From IMG/VR virus record IMGVR_UViG_3300037262_000043, positions 1 through 40,885 of that record: DNA of 40,885 nucleotides, one strand, 5' to 3'. Below the pieces are notes generated by a model. It was given only the letters and a program-made list of their open reading frames with translations. It was not told the DNA's origin and did no database searches. Position 1 is the stretch's first letter. Each line of letters opens with the position of its first letter. Made by a program: the position numbers and the translations under genes. The stretch comes from a virus (taxonomy: Duplodnaviria; Caudoviricetes). Shown here in pieces: positions 1-8,620 of this stretch.

Positions 1-1
1 C

Positions 2-1957
2 TTCGAGCGCATCCCCAAGCATCAGCAGGTCCGTGTCATCGCCAGCTACCAAGCAGAGATAGAGCGTAACGGAGAGGTCTGGAACGTAACCAGAGACCAC
101 TTCAGAGAGCTTGTCGAGCTTCGCTTCCTGGCGCAAACGAATTTGTACTTTCTCTGCCACATGTGCGAGAAGGGCAAGGACACCACCCTCTACACGCATG
201 AGGATATTTGCAACGAGTTCTTTGTGCAGAAAGATCCCACTTTCCTGAACTTCAAGAAGTTCGCGAAGCAGTATTCGGACCTGAAGCGCCGCTTGCTCCT
301 GGTTCCGCGTAACGGATTCAAATCGACGATTGATATCATCGACTGTGTCCAATACGCGCTTTGTTGGCCAGAGATCTCGATCCTGGTCATGACCGGTACC
401 ATCCCGTTGGCTACGACATTCGTCAGCGAGGTAAAGAAGCATTTCGTCCTGCGCACGTCGAATGAGACGGACGCCAAGGGCAAGCCGATCTACCTTCCCA
501 ACGATATCATGGATGAGAATACCGGGGATTACTCCCCGAGTATGCTGCAGATTCTGTTCCCAGAACACTGCTCAGCGCCGACCGAGGGAAAAGAGAAAGA
601 ATGGGACACCCCGGCGCGCGCCGCCATGGGGGACAGAGAGCCCACAGTTAAGGCAGCATCTATCGAGCAGGCTTTGTCAGGATTCCACTTCGGAGTCATG
701 AAGCTTGACGACGTCGTACACAACCAGAACGTTAACACGCCGGAAGCCATCGCAAAGGTAAACCATCAGATCTCAGTCAACCGAGGTATGTTGAATCCCG
801 AAGGCTTCATCGACGTGATCGGAACGTGGTACGACGAGCACGACTTTTACGGCAACACGATCAAGCACGAAGAGACCCAAGCCATTATCCAGGGCAAACA
901 GCATCTGGTACAGGGCTCGGTGGATTCCGGACAGTTCAACAGCAACATCGCGGTGAAGACCTACCTGCGTGCCTGTTGGTGGCCGAAGCCAGCAGCGAAG
1001 CACAAGTCTGAAGAGGAAATGACAGCAGATGATTACATCTACTGGTTCCCCGAGAGGCTGACGTACGAATGGCTCATGAACGAAAAGGTTGACCCAATCG
1101 GGTTCGCCATCAAGTTCCTGAACAATCCGCGCAAGATCAACAAGATTCGATTCCCGCGAGATCTCCTGGTCCGCAAGACCTTGGACTCCGGACAAATGCC
1201 CCAGAACGGCGTGATCGTAACAGCTGTTGATACAGCTTATTCGACACAGCCATGGGCTGACTACACGGTCATCATGACCGCCATCATCTACGGCGGACGC
1301 TTCTACATCATCAACATGAAGCGCGGACGCTGGAATGAAGACGACCTTCCAAAGATGATCGCCAGCGTGGCGCATCAGTGGAAGCCCAAGCAGATCGCAA
1401 TCGAAGAGTCTGTTGGGGTCGGCTGGCTAGGCAAGGAAATTCGCCGCGAAATGGCGAAGCTCCAGGTCAGTGTTCCGATCAGCTTCGTATCCCTCGGCAA
1501 GGGCAGCAAGGCCACGGCGAAAGCCGCCAAGGCCAAGCCGGTCATTCGACTCCTGGTCGATGATCGCATGTTCTTCTCCAAGGGCTGTGAGGGTCTTAAC
1601 AACATCTACGAAGAGCTTGAACTATTCACCGGCACCAAGGACGACAAGCACGACGACATCGTAAGCGCGATCAGCCTACTGGTCGATCAGTTCCAAGGCT
1701 ACGCCGACATGCCCACCAAGGACATGGACGTGTGGAATCAGCATCAGTTCATCTCCGACAAGAAGTCGAAGGCGATGCACGATCTGATCTACGGTCTGAC
1801 GCCACCGCCTCCGGGCATACTGCAGACAGCCTACGCCGACGTTGTGCACGACGACAACCCGACGACAGCCTATCAGATCCTGGCTGGAATCGTGCCGTCT
1901 CAACAAGGGGATGAGGGATTTGGAAATCCTCTATCCGACTTGGGATTCAACGAGTAA
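2..1957 (+). CDS. terL: Terminase large subunit (5' end outside window)
   Basis: Frame is open from base 2 (FERIPKHQ...) into the 143..1957 ORF. Walker A-like LVPRNGFKST, Walker B-like VMKLDDVV, IGTWY coupling motif, and RNase H-like nuclease motifs AVDTAYS..ADYT and HDDIVSA. Confidence 0.92.
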   Translation, partial: FERIPKHQQVRVIASYQAEIERNGEVWNVTRDHFRELVELRFLAQTNLYFLCHMCEKGKDTTLYTHEDICNEFFVQKDPTFLNFKKFAKQYSDLKRRLLLVPRNGFKSTIDIIDCVQYALCWPEISILVMTGTIPLATTFVSEVKKHFVLRTSNETDAKGKPIYLPNDIMDENTGDYSPSMLQILFPEHCSAPTEGKEKEWDTPARAAMGDREPTVKAASIEQALSGFHFGVMKLDDVVHNQNVNTPEAIAKVNHQISVNRGMLNPEGFIDVIGTWYDEHDFYGNTIKHEETQAIIQGKQHLVQGSVDSGQFNSNIAVKTYLRACWWPKPAAKHKSEEEMTADDYIYWFPERLTYEWLMNEKVDPIGFAIKFLNNPRKINKIRFPRDLLVRKTLDSGQMPQNGVIVTAVDTAYSTQPWADYTVIMTAIIYGGRFYIINMKRGRWNEDDLPKMIASVAHQWKPKQIAIEESVGVGWLGKEIRREMAKLQVSVPISFVSLGKGSKATAKAAKAKPVIRLLVDDRMFFSKGCEGLNNIYEELELFTGTKDDKHDDIVSAISLLVDQFQGYADMPTKDMDVWNQHQFISDKKSKAMHDLIYGLTPPPPGILQTAYADVVHDDNPTTAYQILAGIVPSQQGDEGFGNPLSDLGFNE

Positions 1958-1963
1958 TGCAAC

Positions 1964-2002
1964 ACCGCGCTGGTAGACCGCTCAATGTCTACCCGGTTTC
2001 TT
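1964..2002 (+). terminator. Hairpin after terL, weak terminator or attenuator candidate
   Basis: GGTAGAC(1972-1978)/GTCTACC(1987-1993) stem, extended by ACCG/CGGT, followed only by TTCTT (a poor U-tract). Confidence 0.35.
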
Positions 2003-2013
2003 GAGGAGGAGAC

Positions 2014-2439
2014 TTGGACACAAAACCAAGATTCAATCCCGAGTTCCAGCCGGACCCTGTGGAGATCGCCAATCTGGCGAGCATCTTCTACACACCTGGA
2101 TTCGCGGTGGTTCACAAGATTTTCATGTCGGAGCTGGACAAGCTCCTAATCGACCTGTCGAGTGTGGACAACAGCAACAAGGACATGGTCCTCGCGCGAC
2201 ACGCAAAGATGCACGCTGCCGGGCAGTTCTATCAGGCTTGCGTAGAGCGTCTTAACATTTACGTTTCACTGCACACGAGCATCGGACTCGCGGACAACGG
2301 CCCAGCCGACCCGACCGAGATCCTGGACATGGGCGAAACATACGACCCGAACCAGGAAGAACCAGAAATCGACGACTTGCCGAGCTTTTTCGGCGAGGCA
2401 GAGTTAGTAGAAGACGGCTTTGAGGAGAGCCCATTCTAA
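2014..2439 (+). CDS. Hypothetical phage protein (141 aa, acidic C-terminus)
   Basis: TTG start with SD GAGGAGG upstream; stop overlaps the next ATG (TAATG). Confidence 0.75.
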   Translation: MDTKPRFNPEFQPDPVEIANLASIFYTPGFAVVHKIFMSELDKLLIDLSSVDNSNKDMVLARHAKMHAAGQFYQACVERLNIYVSLHTSIGLADNGPADPTEILDMGETYDPNQEEPEIDDLPSFFGEAELVEDGFEESPF

Positions 2440-3488
2440 TGTCAGAAACCCCAGTTTCACTAGAAGTGCCAGTTTCAGCAGACGCTGAAACCCCCGTAGA
2501 GGCTCCTGTAGTTGTCGAGCTTCCTGAGCAGCGCTACGAATGGCAGCCAACCGACGAAGATGGGCATCCCATCGGCAACAAACAGGTGATCAAGTTCCGC
2601 ACGGACCAAGAGAAGTTCGACAAGATGATCGAACAGAACACTCTGATCCTGCGCAAGCTGCGCGAGCAGACTCGCAAGATTCGCCTAGGCATCCCTGACG
2701 ATGACACAATCTCCGAAGAGGTACCGACAATTCCGAAGGGCAAGACCCTCAGTTCCCGCAAGCTCACCGCCGACGAGAAGTATCAGATGGCGCGCGACAT
2801 GCAGGACCCGGACAAGATTGAAGATGCTCTGGATCGTTGGGCGCAGGCACGCTACGGCGTCGCTCCTGAGGACCAAGTAGACGCCTTCAACACGCTTCAG
2901 AATCAGATGACCGAAGCAGAGATCGAGCGCGAGGCAATCACGTTCATCAATTCGACGCCCGAGTATTACGGGTGTGCGACCAACTTCAACATCCTTGCAG
3001 GATGGATGGCAAAGCACAATCTTCAAGCAAAAGCGGAGAACTGGAAGCTAGCCTTCGAGAAGAACAAAGACATCATGCTCGGACCGTCTTCTACTCCGAT
3101 CACTCCACCAGTTGTTGCAGGACGAGAGCCCTTCATTGACGGACCAACGCCCGTCGAAGCGCCGGTAGTCGTGCCGCCCGTGGAGGAGCCGCAGGAGTTC
3201 CAGCGCATAACGACCGCCCTGACTCGCGACAATACGAGCGACGTAGGCACCGTGCGCACTGTAGGAAGTGATATTGTATACGTGATCGCGGGACGGACAA
3301 CCTCGGACAAGCACGGCAACAAGGTCAAGATCAGCCCTGATCGTACTGTGTACGGGCAGGAAGCCATAGACGTCATGCCAGGAGACGAATACAAACACCG
3401 CTTGCTGCACGAACCCGGCTTCCGCAAGAAGGTCGAGGAACTGAATCGCAAGGCGGAAGAGAAAGCAGCGGCGCAGAGAAACGGATGA
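2439..3488 (+). CDS. Putative capsid scaffolding protein
   Basis: 349 aa, charged and probably helical, with Pro/Glu-rich low-complexity segments, located upstream of the capsid gene. Function inferred from position and composition only. Confidence 0.55.
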   Translation: MSETPVSLEVPVSADAETPVEAPVVVELPEQRYEWQPTDEDGHPIGNKQVIKFRTDQEKFDKMIEQNTLILRKLREQTRKIRLGIPDDDTISEEVPTIPKGKTLSSRKLTADEKYQMARDMQDPDKIEDALDRWAQARYGVAPEDQVDAFNTLQNQMTEAEIEREAITFINSTPEYYGCATNFNILAGWMAKHNLQAKAENWKLAFEKNKDIMLGPSSTPITPPVVAGREPFIDGPTPVEAPVVVPPVEEPQEFQRITTALTRDNTSDVGTVRTVGSDIVYVIAGRTTSDKHGNKVKISPDRTVYGQEAIDVMPGDEYKHRLLHEPGFRKKVEELNRKAEEKAAAQRNG

Positions 3489-3916
3489 TTCGCTATCACA
3501 CAGAGGCGGATATCCCTCAGATCCTAGAGCTGCAGAGATCTGAGTTCACCGGCAAAGACGAGGACATCCTAGAAGCCATCCGAGCAGGACACTGCTGGGT
3601 AGACTCCTCCCCCGGAAGCACTTTGATAAACGGATACGTCATTGTTACGTATCCCAACGACGTACCTTATGTGTACAGCGTCGCAGTCGCCAAAGACATG
3701 CGAGGTTCAGGAATTGGAACAGGTCTGATGAACACGGCTCACCAGAACTCAAGGGGGCTAAATCACAGAAAGATCTGGCTCAAGACCGCCGTTGACAACC
3801 CGGCGCAGAAGTTATACTTCGACCTGGGTTACAGAATTGACGGGTATGACGCAGAGCTTTACGGCTACTGCATGCCCGGTATCACGATGACAAAACGTTT
3901 TGCATTTGGAAATTAG
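3485..3916 (+). CDS. GNAT family (RimI-like) N-acetyltransferase
   Basis: Acetyl-CoA motif A VAVAKDMRGSGIGTGLM and motif B L..AVDNPAQKLYFDLGY; ATGA overlap with the upstream gene. Confidence 0.85.
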   Translation: MIRYHTEADIPQILELQRSEFTGKDEDILEAIRAGHCWVDSSPGSTLINGYVIVTYPNDVPYVYSVAVAKDMRGSGIGTGLMNTAHQNSRGLNHRKIWLKTAVDNPAQKLYFDLGYRIDGYDAELYGYCMPGITMTKRFAFGN

Positions 3917-3919
3917 CAT

Positions 3920-4111
3920 TTGGATAAGTCTCGCGTCGGATTACGTGGAGACATCCCCAAGTTTGTGCTGAGGTAATCTCGCTCCAAGTCCCGGAGAGAG
4001 CAGCTGAAACCAGAGTCGGATTACTCTGTGGACACTGTTGCGCATGAGGCAAACAATGCATGTAGTCTCTGGGAGGAGACAGGCTATCTCTGCATCTTAG
4101 GAGATAACAAC
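3920..4111 (+). promoter_or_regulatory. Structured 5' leader or ncRNA candidate upstream of the major capsid gene
   Basis: Series of hairpins: two with an identical CGGATT loop (3928-3952, 4011-4028), one at 3967-4004, GTCTC-TGGGAG-GAGAC (4065-4080), and TATCTC/GAGATA (4085-4106) covering the capsid SD. Confidence 0.6.
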
Positions 4112-5143
4112 ATGGGATATACCCCAGCAGGTAACGTACAGGCGAATCTACCGCAGAGTACGGTGAAGTACTACGACAAGAAGTTCCGCGAGAACCTCAA
4201 GGCACAGACACCATTCGTCGCATGCTCCGAGCGTCTCGATCTTCCGACCAAGTCGGGTAACCAGTATGAAATGTTCATGTATGTGCCTCTAGCGGCGAAC
4301 GTTGCCCAGACGGCAGAAGGAACCGTTGGTTCCAGCATCAGCGTGAACGTTCTGACCACAACTGCCACCATCGGTGAGTACGCAGATTACGCCAACTTCT
4401 CCAGCTTGTCCCTTGCTACCAGCATCGACAACACTGTTGAGAACGTTGCTCGCGAAATGGCGTATCAGGTTGGTGAGACACTATCGGCCCTTGTCCGTGC
4501 AACCGCTGACGGCGCAAACGGCATCGACTCCAGTGTTCTTCAGCAGCTGGGCGCAGTTTCCACAAGCTCGTTCACAACTCTGAGCTTGAACGCAATCCGC
4601 AACAGCGTGCAGTCTCTTGCTGGTCGTTCGGTTCGTCCGTACGATGAAGCATCGAAGGCATTCTGCGGCGTCATTCACCCATTCGCCCTTGGCGACGTGC
4701 TGAGCGACGTGAGCAACAACAGCCCGATTGACATCTTGAAGCACACCCCGGTGGGCTTGGCGAAGATGGAAGATCTGATCAGCGTTGATCTGACAGAGAT
4801 GATCGAGCTTCCAGGCTCTGGCGTGCACTTCTTCCAGACCAATCAGGTTACGCAGACCTCGAACTACATGGGCGTCAACACCCTGACAGCACTTCGTACC
4901 TACATCTTCGGGCGTGATGGCATATACAGCATCAAGCTTGGCGCGCAGGGCGACACTGGATTCGGCGACGGATCTTGGCAGAACATCAAGTGCAACATCG
5001 TGCAGAACGCCGCACCGACAGTTGCCGATCCTGAAGGGCTGATCCCTGGATGGACAAGCTATCGTCTGCACTTCACGACATCGCTTGGTCCAGACACCAC
5101 GATCCGCATCCGTGAGATCGACGCTGCATCAGCAATCAGCTAA
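4112..5143 (+). CDS. Major capsid protein (HK97 fold, N4-gp56-like family)
   Basis: ATG at 4112 with SD AGGAG, preferred over the GTG at 4028; 343 aa. Motifs LP.KSG, T.TATIGEYADY..FS, GVIHP...GD and DPEG..GW; followed by a strong terminator. Confidence 0.85.
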   Translation: MGYTPAGNVQANLPQSTVKYYDKKFRENLKAQTPFVACSERLDLPTKSGNQYEMFMYVPLAANVAQTAEGTVGSSISVNVLTTTATIGEYADYANFSSLSLATSIDNTVENVAREMAYQVGETLSALVRATADGANGIDSSVLQQLGAVSTSSFTTLSLNAIRNSVQSLAGRSVRPYDEASKAFCGVIHPFALGDVLSDVSNNSPIDILKHTPVGLAKMEDLISVDLTEMIELPGSGVHFFQTNQVTQTSNYMGVNTLTALRTYIFGRDGIYSIKLGAQGDTGFGDGSWQNIKCNIVQNAAPTVADPEGLIPGWTSYRLHFTTSLGPDTTIRIREIDAASAIS

Positions 5144-5150
5144 TAACTTA

Positions 5151-5196
5151 GACGGGGAGCGTTGGCGGCGAGTCAGCCTCCCCGTTTTATGTTTTT
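5151..5196 (+). terminator. Rho-independent terminator after the capsid gene
   Basis: GACGGGGAG/CTCCCCGTT plus GTTGGC/GTCAGC stem, followed by a T-rich tail (TTATGTTTTT). Confidence 0.8.
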
Positions 5197-5221
5197 AGAA
5201 GCATTCGAAAGGGATTGAAAC

Positions 5222-5725
5222 ATGTCAATTGACGCAGTATTTTCTGGGGCACCATCAAAGAATTTCCCCTATTCCGCAGCAGCGAACACTGTTGCTCTAG
5301 GCGTGGACACCAGCGTCCCAGGTCTTTATCTATCGGTCGGAGCAGGATACCTTCCTATTCCAGGCTCGGTAGTTGCAAAGCTCGGAAAGACAGCACAGAC
5401 TGCTAACGTCGCAGCTCTTCTGACTTACACAGCACCGGTCACCGGTCTGTACCGTGTTACAAACTTCATCGTCGCATCGAACACAGCCACGGGCGCAACA
5501 CTTCCCGCCGTGACCACAGTGTTCACCGAGGCAGACTCGTCTGTGGCGACCACACATACCCTAGCTGACGCATCGACGTCCGCAGCGGGAACCATCAGCG
5601 AAGAGACATACATCGCAAACGTGAAGGCTGCGGGGACAATCGTCATCGCAACGACAAGCTATGCCGCAGGATCGGGCACGGCACTTCAGTATGCGATCCA
5701 CTCTCGCATCGAATACATCGGCTAA
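5222..5725 (+). CDS. Putative minor capsid or decoration protein
   Basis: 167 aa, Ala/Thr/Ser-rich with beta-like patterning, immediately after the capsid gene. Confidence 0.55.
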   Translation: MSIDAVFSGAPSKNFPYSAAANTVALGVDTSVPGLYLSVGAGYLPIPGSVVAKLGKTAQTANVAALLTYTAPVTGLYRVTNFIVASNTATGATLPAVTTVFTEADSSVATTHTLADASTSAAGTISEETYIANVKAAGTIVIATTSYAAGSGTALQYAIHSRIEYIG

Positions 5726-5749
5726 TCCCGATTCCAGAAAGGAACACAA

Positions 5750-6916
5750 ATGTCCCAGAGTTATCCAGCACCAACAACTGGTCTCGGCGTAGCAGCAAAG
5801 ATCGTATCAGCAGGAAACGTCAACACGGTAGCAGGCAAGGCTTCGGTCCCCGGCTATAACGATGTCGTTCTTTCGCTGAGCGGCGCGAACGGACCAACAA
5901 CTTTTCAGCTAAACCCACAGATCCAGGACGCCTCGGGTGCAGAGATTGACCCAGGCACAGCCCTTACTCTGACGGCAGTAGCAGCGTCTTCGGGTCCCGG
6001 AATCATCACGCTGACATCGGTCGCGGCATCTAGCGGCGGATCGGCAGTGTACGAGGGCACCACAAGCGGCGGCGGTTCAAACGCTTGGGAAGGTTACTCC
6101 TTCGTAGTCGCAGGCTTCGAGAACGGTCCAAACAACGGAACGTTCGTCTGCACAGCCTCGACCACATCGAGCATTACCCTACACAACAACAACGCTGTTG
6201 CGGAAACGCACGCGGCTACCGCGTCTTCGGACGAGGGCGTGGCTGTGTACAGCACAACAGGAACTGGCGTAGTCGGCGCAACCTACGTGGTTGCAGGCTT
6301 CGTGACCAACCCAACGAACAACGGAACATTCATCGCAACAGCAGTGACTGCCGGAACCTCGGTGACATTGGCAAACCCTGACGCAGTCGCCGAGACACAC
6401 GCGGCAACAGCAACAGAGCAGGAACTGCAGGCGGTAATTTCGGCAGCAGCCAACGCGTCCAACGGACAGACTGTCTACACCGGAACATTTCCGTTCTACG
6501 CTTCGATCACAGCCGGAACTCAGGTTGTCATCACCGGCTTCGTGACGAACACCGTGAACAACGGAACGTTCGAAGTTGCGAGCGTGACATCCACAACCCT
6601 GACTGTGTACAACGCAGCAGGCGTTTCTGAGTCCCACGCAGCAGCCGCAGTATTCGGCGGCAAGCTGACCTATGTTGTGTACGGCTTCAAGACCCTGACA
6701 GGCAACACCTATCAGCCTTCTGGAACCAGCACAGCAGTGGCAACAGTGTCCTCGACTGGTCTTGTGACAGCCGTGGCACTTGGTGGATCGGTGGTTGAGA
6801 CTTCGTTCCCAACATTCAACAATGACCTTGGAAACATCGTCAGCTCTGGTAACATCATGAACGGCTTGCCGATTCAGAAGATTTACGTGGAGCAGCGCAT
6901 CACGGTCAAGATCTAA
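5750..6916 (+). CDS. Virion structural protein: Ig-like (Big_2-like) domain interrupted by three ~65-aa repeats
   Basis: C-terminal AVATVSSTGLVTAVALG is a typical Big_2 signature. Three repeats V(V/I)(A/T)GF..N..NNGTF.......TL.N..(A/G)V.E(T/S)HAA. Confidence 0.65.
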   Translation: MSQSYPAPTTGLGVAAKIVSAGNVNTVAGKASVPGYNDVVLSLSGANGPTTFQLNPQIQDASGAEIDPGTALTLTAVAASSGPGIITLTSVAASSGGSAVYEGTTSGGGSNAWEGYSFVVAGFENGPNNGTFVCTASTTSSITLHNNNAVAETHAATASSDEGVAVYSTTGTGVVGATYVVAGFVTNPTNNGTFIATAVTAGTSVTLANPDAVAETHAATATEQELQAVISAAANASNGQTVYTGTFPFYASITAGTQVVITGFVTNTVNNGTFEVASVTSTTLTVYNAAGVSESHAAAAVFGGKLTYVVYGFKTLTGNTYQPSGTSTAVATVSSTGLVTAVALGGSVVETSFPTFNNDLGNIVSSGNIMNGLPIQKIYVEQRITVKI

Positions 6917-6937
6917 GCAATTCTCTGGGAGGAGAAG

Positions 6938-7285
6938 ATGAGCGAAGAGCAGGAAGTGGTAGAGCGCCGCACGGCGGTGCTCACGCGCAAGGTACAAGAA
7001 CTCAGCCAGGGCAAGAATGAAATATTCCTTGCCCTGATTGAGGCAGTTGAGGCTTGCAAAGCATTAGAAGAGATTCGCATCGCCCTTGACAGCGGCATCG
7101 ACGAGGACGACTACGAAGAGATCGTCAATCAGGCTATAGACGCCATTGTCGAGTACAGAGTTAACCGAGAGCAGCGTCCTACCGAAGCGTTTGAGCCTTT
7201 CGTCATGCAGGCGAACATAGTGCCACAAACGTTTTCGACATACGACGCATACAGATTGCGCTACGTTGTGGATGCTAACGAGTAG
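6938..7285 (+). CDS. Hypothetical protein (115 aa, acidic, helical)
   Basis: ATG with SD GGAGG in a hairpin; fills the gap between neighbouring genes. Confidence 0.7.
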   Translation: MSEEQEVVERRTAVLTRKVQELSQGKNEIFLALIEAVEACKALEEIRIALDSGIDEDDYEEIVNQAIDAIVEYRVNREQRPTEAFEPFVMQANIVPQTFSTYDAYRLRYVVDANE

Positions 7286-7400
7286 GGTGGATTACCCAAA
7301 AGTAGCAGTCACCGTGGCATAGAGACGTGCGAGGACGGCCATCCAGATATCGTCTCAATCCGACTTAAGAGGGTGATCGCCTTCGATGATCGGATACATT
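7273..7400 (+). ncRNA. Structured intergenic RNA candidate
   Basis: GGGT-GGATT-ACCC hairpin (7285-7297), TCACC/GGTGA (7309-7313/7372-7376), GAGACG/CGTCTC (7322-7327/7351-7356), and unpaired AATCCGACT (7357-7365). Confidence 0.4.
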
Positions 7401-7431
7401 TTGAATGATTAGGGAAGAGGAGCCCAACATC

Positions 7432-7977
7432 ATGAATCCAGTAAAGGCATTCTGGGCGTTTTTGCGCTCATTGATTGAAATGCTCGTTTGGAAAGTTCAA
7501 CTTTACAGACTTGAGCGCCACGTTTACGAACTAGAAACCGAAGAGCGTCTCTTCACCATCAAGCAGAAAATCTTCAAGCGCCAGGAAGAACAGCGTCAAT
7601 ATCTGGAAAGATTCAAGCTCAAGGGAGAAGTTCTCAAGCAGCTATTCAAGGCTAAAAAGAATCTGCAAGATAACTGCAAGCACAGGAAGGGCGGTGACTG
7701 CGGATCGGCGTTTCACGGCGGCGGTCTCGGACCGCGCTACTACAAAGGAGACACAGAGCGTCAGTACTCAGTCGTCAAGCACACCTTCGCCAACGGAGAC
7801 ACGCACATCATCTGCCTTCGCTGCAGGAAGACCTGGAAGCCGACTGACGAGGATCAGGACGCCTACCAGTGGGCTCTCAACCTAGAGACTCGCAACCAGA
7901 CGAGCACCTCCATCATGTTTCGATTCAGCGATCAGGGAAAGCACTACGCGTCACACATCGCGAGGTACAATGCCTGA
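7432..7977 (+). CDS. Coiled-coil protein with C-terminal Cys/His (putative Zn-binding) domain, paralog A
   Basis: ATG 7432 with SD GAGGAG; motif CKHRKGG...KHTF...CLRCRKTWKP shared with 8621..9301. Confidence 0.7.
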   Translation: MNPVKAFWAFLRSLIEMLVWKVQLYRLERHVYELETEERLFTIKQKIFKRQEEQRQYLERFKLKGEVLKQLFKAKKNLQDNCKHRKGGDCGSAFHGGGLGPRYYKGDTERQYSVVKHTFANGDTHIICLRCRKTWKPTDEDQDAYQWALNLETRNQTSTSIMFRFSDQGKHYASHIARYNA

Positions 7978-8602
7978 GATCAACGGACAGGGCACACGCC
8001 TAGAAGAGCGCGCACCGTGGGAGTCGTACGACGACGAACTCCTCGACCAATCACTGAGCGAAGAGCTTGAAGCAGAGATCGCAGAATACTCCAAGCATCG
8101 CTGGGACCCGGACGGACCCGTGGACTCAGAGACAGCGGACACCCTCGCAGAGATGGTGGAAGCCAACGCAGAAGAGGCTCAGCAGTACGCCTGGGCGACG
8201 CCGGACGAATACCAAGACGTCAAGGCGCGCATCGGCAAAGTTATGCACTCCTCGGAGTTTATACAAACCCTGCGCAAAGCAGGCGTCGAGTGCTTTTATC
8301 GTCAACACCCGCACGCGGACAAAGCCGTGCTCTGGATAATCACCAAGGGCACAGAAGAGAAGGCTTGCTGGGTGCAGCAGGGCAACATGCCTGAGCTGAG
8401 CATTTTGAAATTCGACCGCTACGGCGTGCCGCTCGACGAGCGCATGCGCGGGTGGCGTACCGCACTACTTCAGCTGATACTGGCTGACTACATCACAGAG
8501 GACAAGGCAAACCGATACTTCGGATTCCCCAAACTCACAGCGGCTTTTGGCCGTTACAACTCGACCCTGTACGAATTTCGCAACAGGGCAATTAAGGCTT
8601 AA
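7970..8602 (+). CDS. Hypothetical phage protein (210 aa)
   Basis: Long ORF overlapping the upstream stop; acidic N-terminal half and globular-looking C-terminal half (RGWRTALLQL...YFG). Confidence 0.75.
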   Translation: MPEINGQGTRLEERAPWESYDDELLDQSLSEELEAEIAEYSKHRWDPDGPVDSETADTLAEMVEANAEEAQQYAWATPDEYQDVKARIGKVMHSSEFIQTLRKAGVECFYRQHPHADKAVLWIITKGTEEKACWVQQGNMPELSILKFDRYGVPLDERMRGWRTALLQLILADYITEDKANRYFGFPKLTAAFGRYNSTLYEFRNRAIKA

Positions 8603-8620
8603 TCTCTCAGGAGGAGACAG

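Noticed and set aside
523-538. CGGGGA-TTAC-TCCCCG hairpin containing GGATTAC inside terL
   Set aside because: The loop register differs from the CGGATT hairpins and it lies in coding sequence; plausibly chance.
4028-4111. GTG-initiated 28-aa N-terminal extension of the capsid ORF
   Set aside because: No SD before 4028, the region is occupied by hairpins, and ATG 4112 has a good SD.
6179-6997. 272-aa minus-strand ORF
   Set aside because: Antisense shadow of a well-supported + strand gene; Cys/His/Arg-rich composition typical of non-coding frames.
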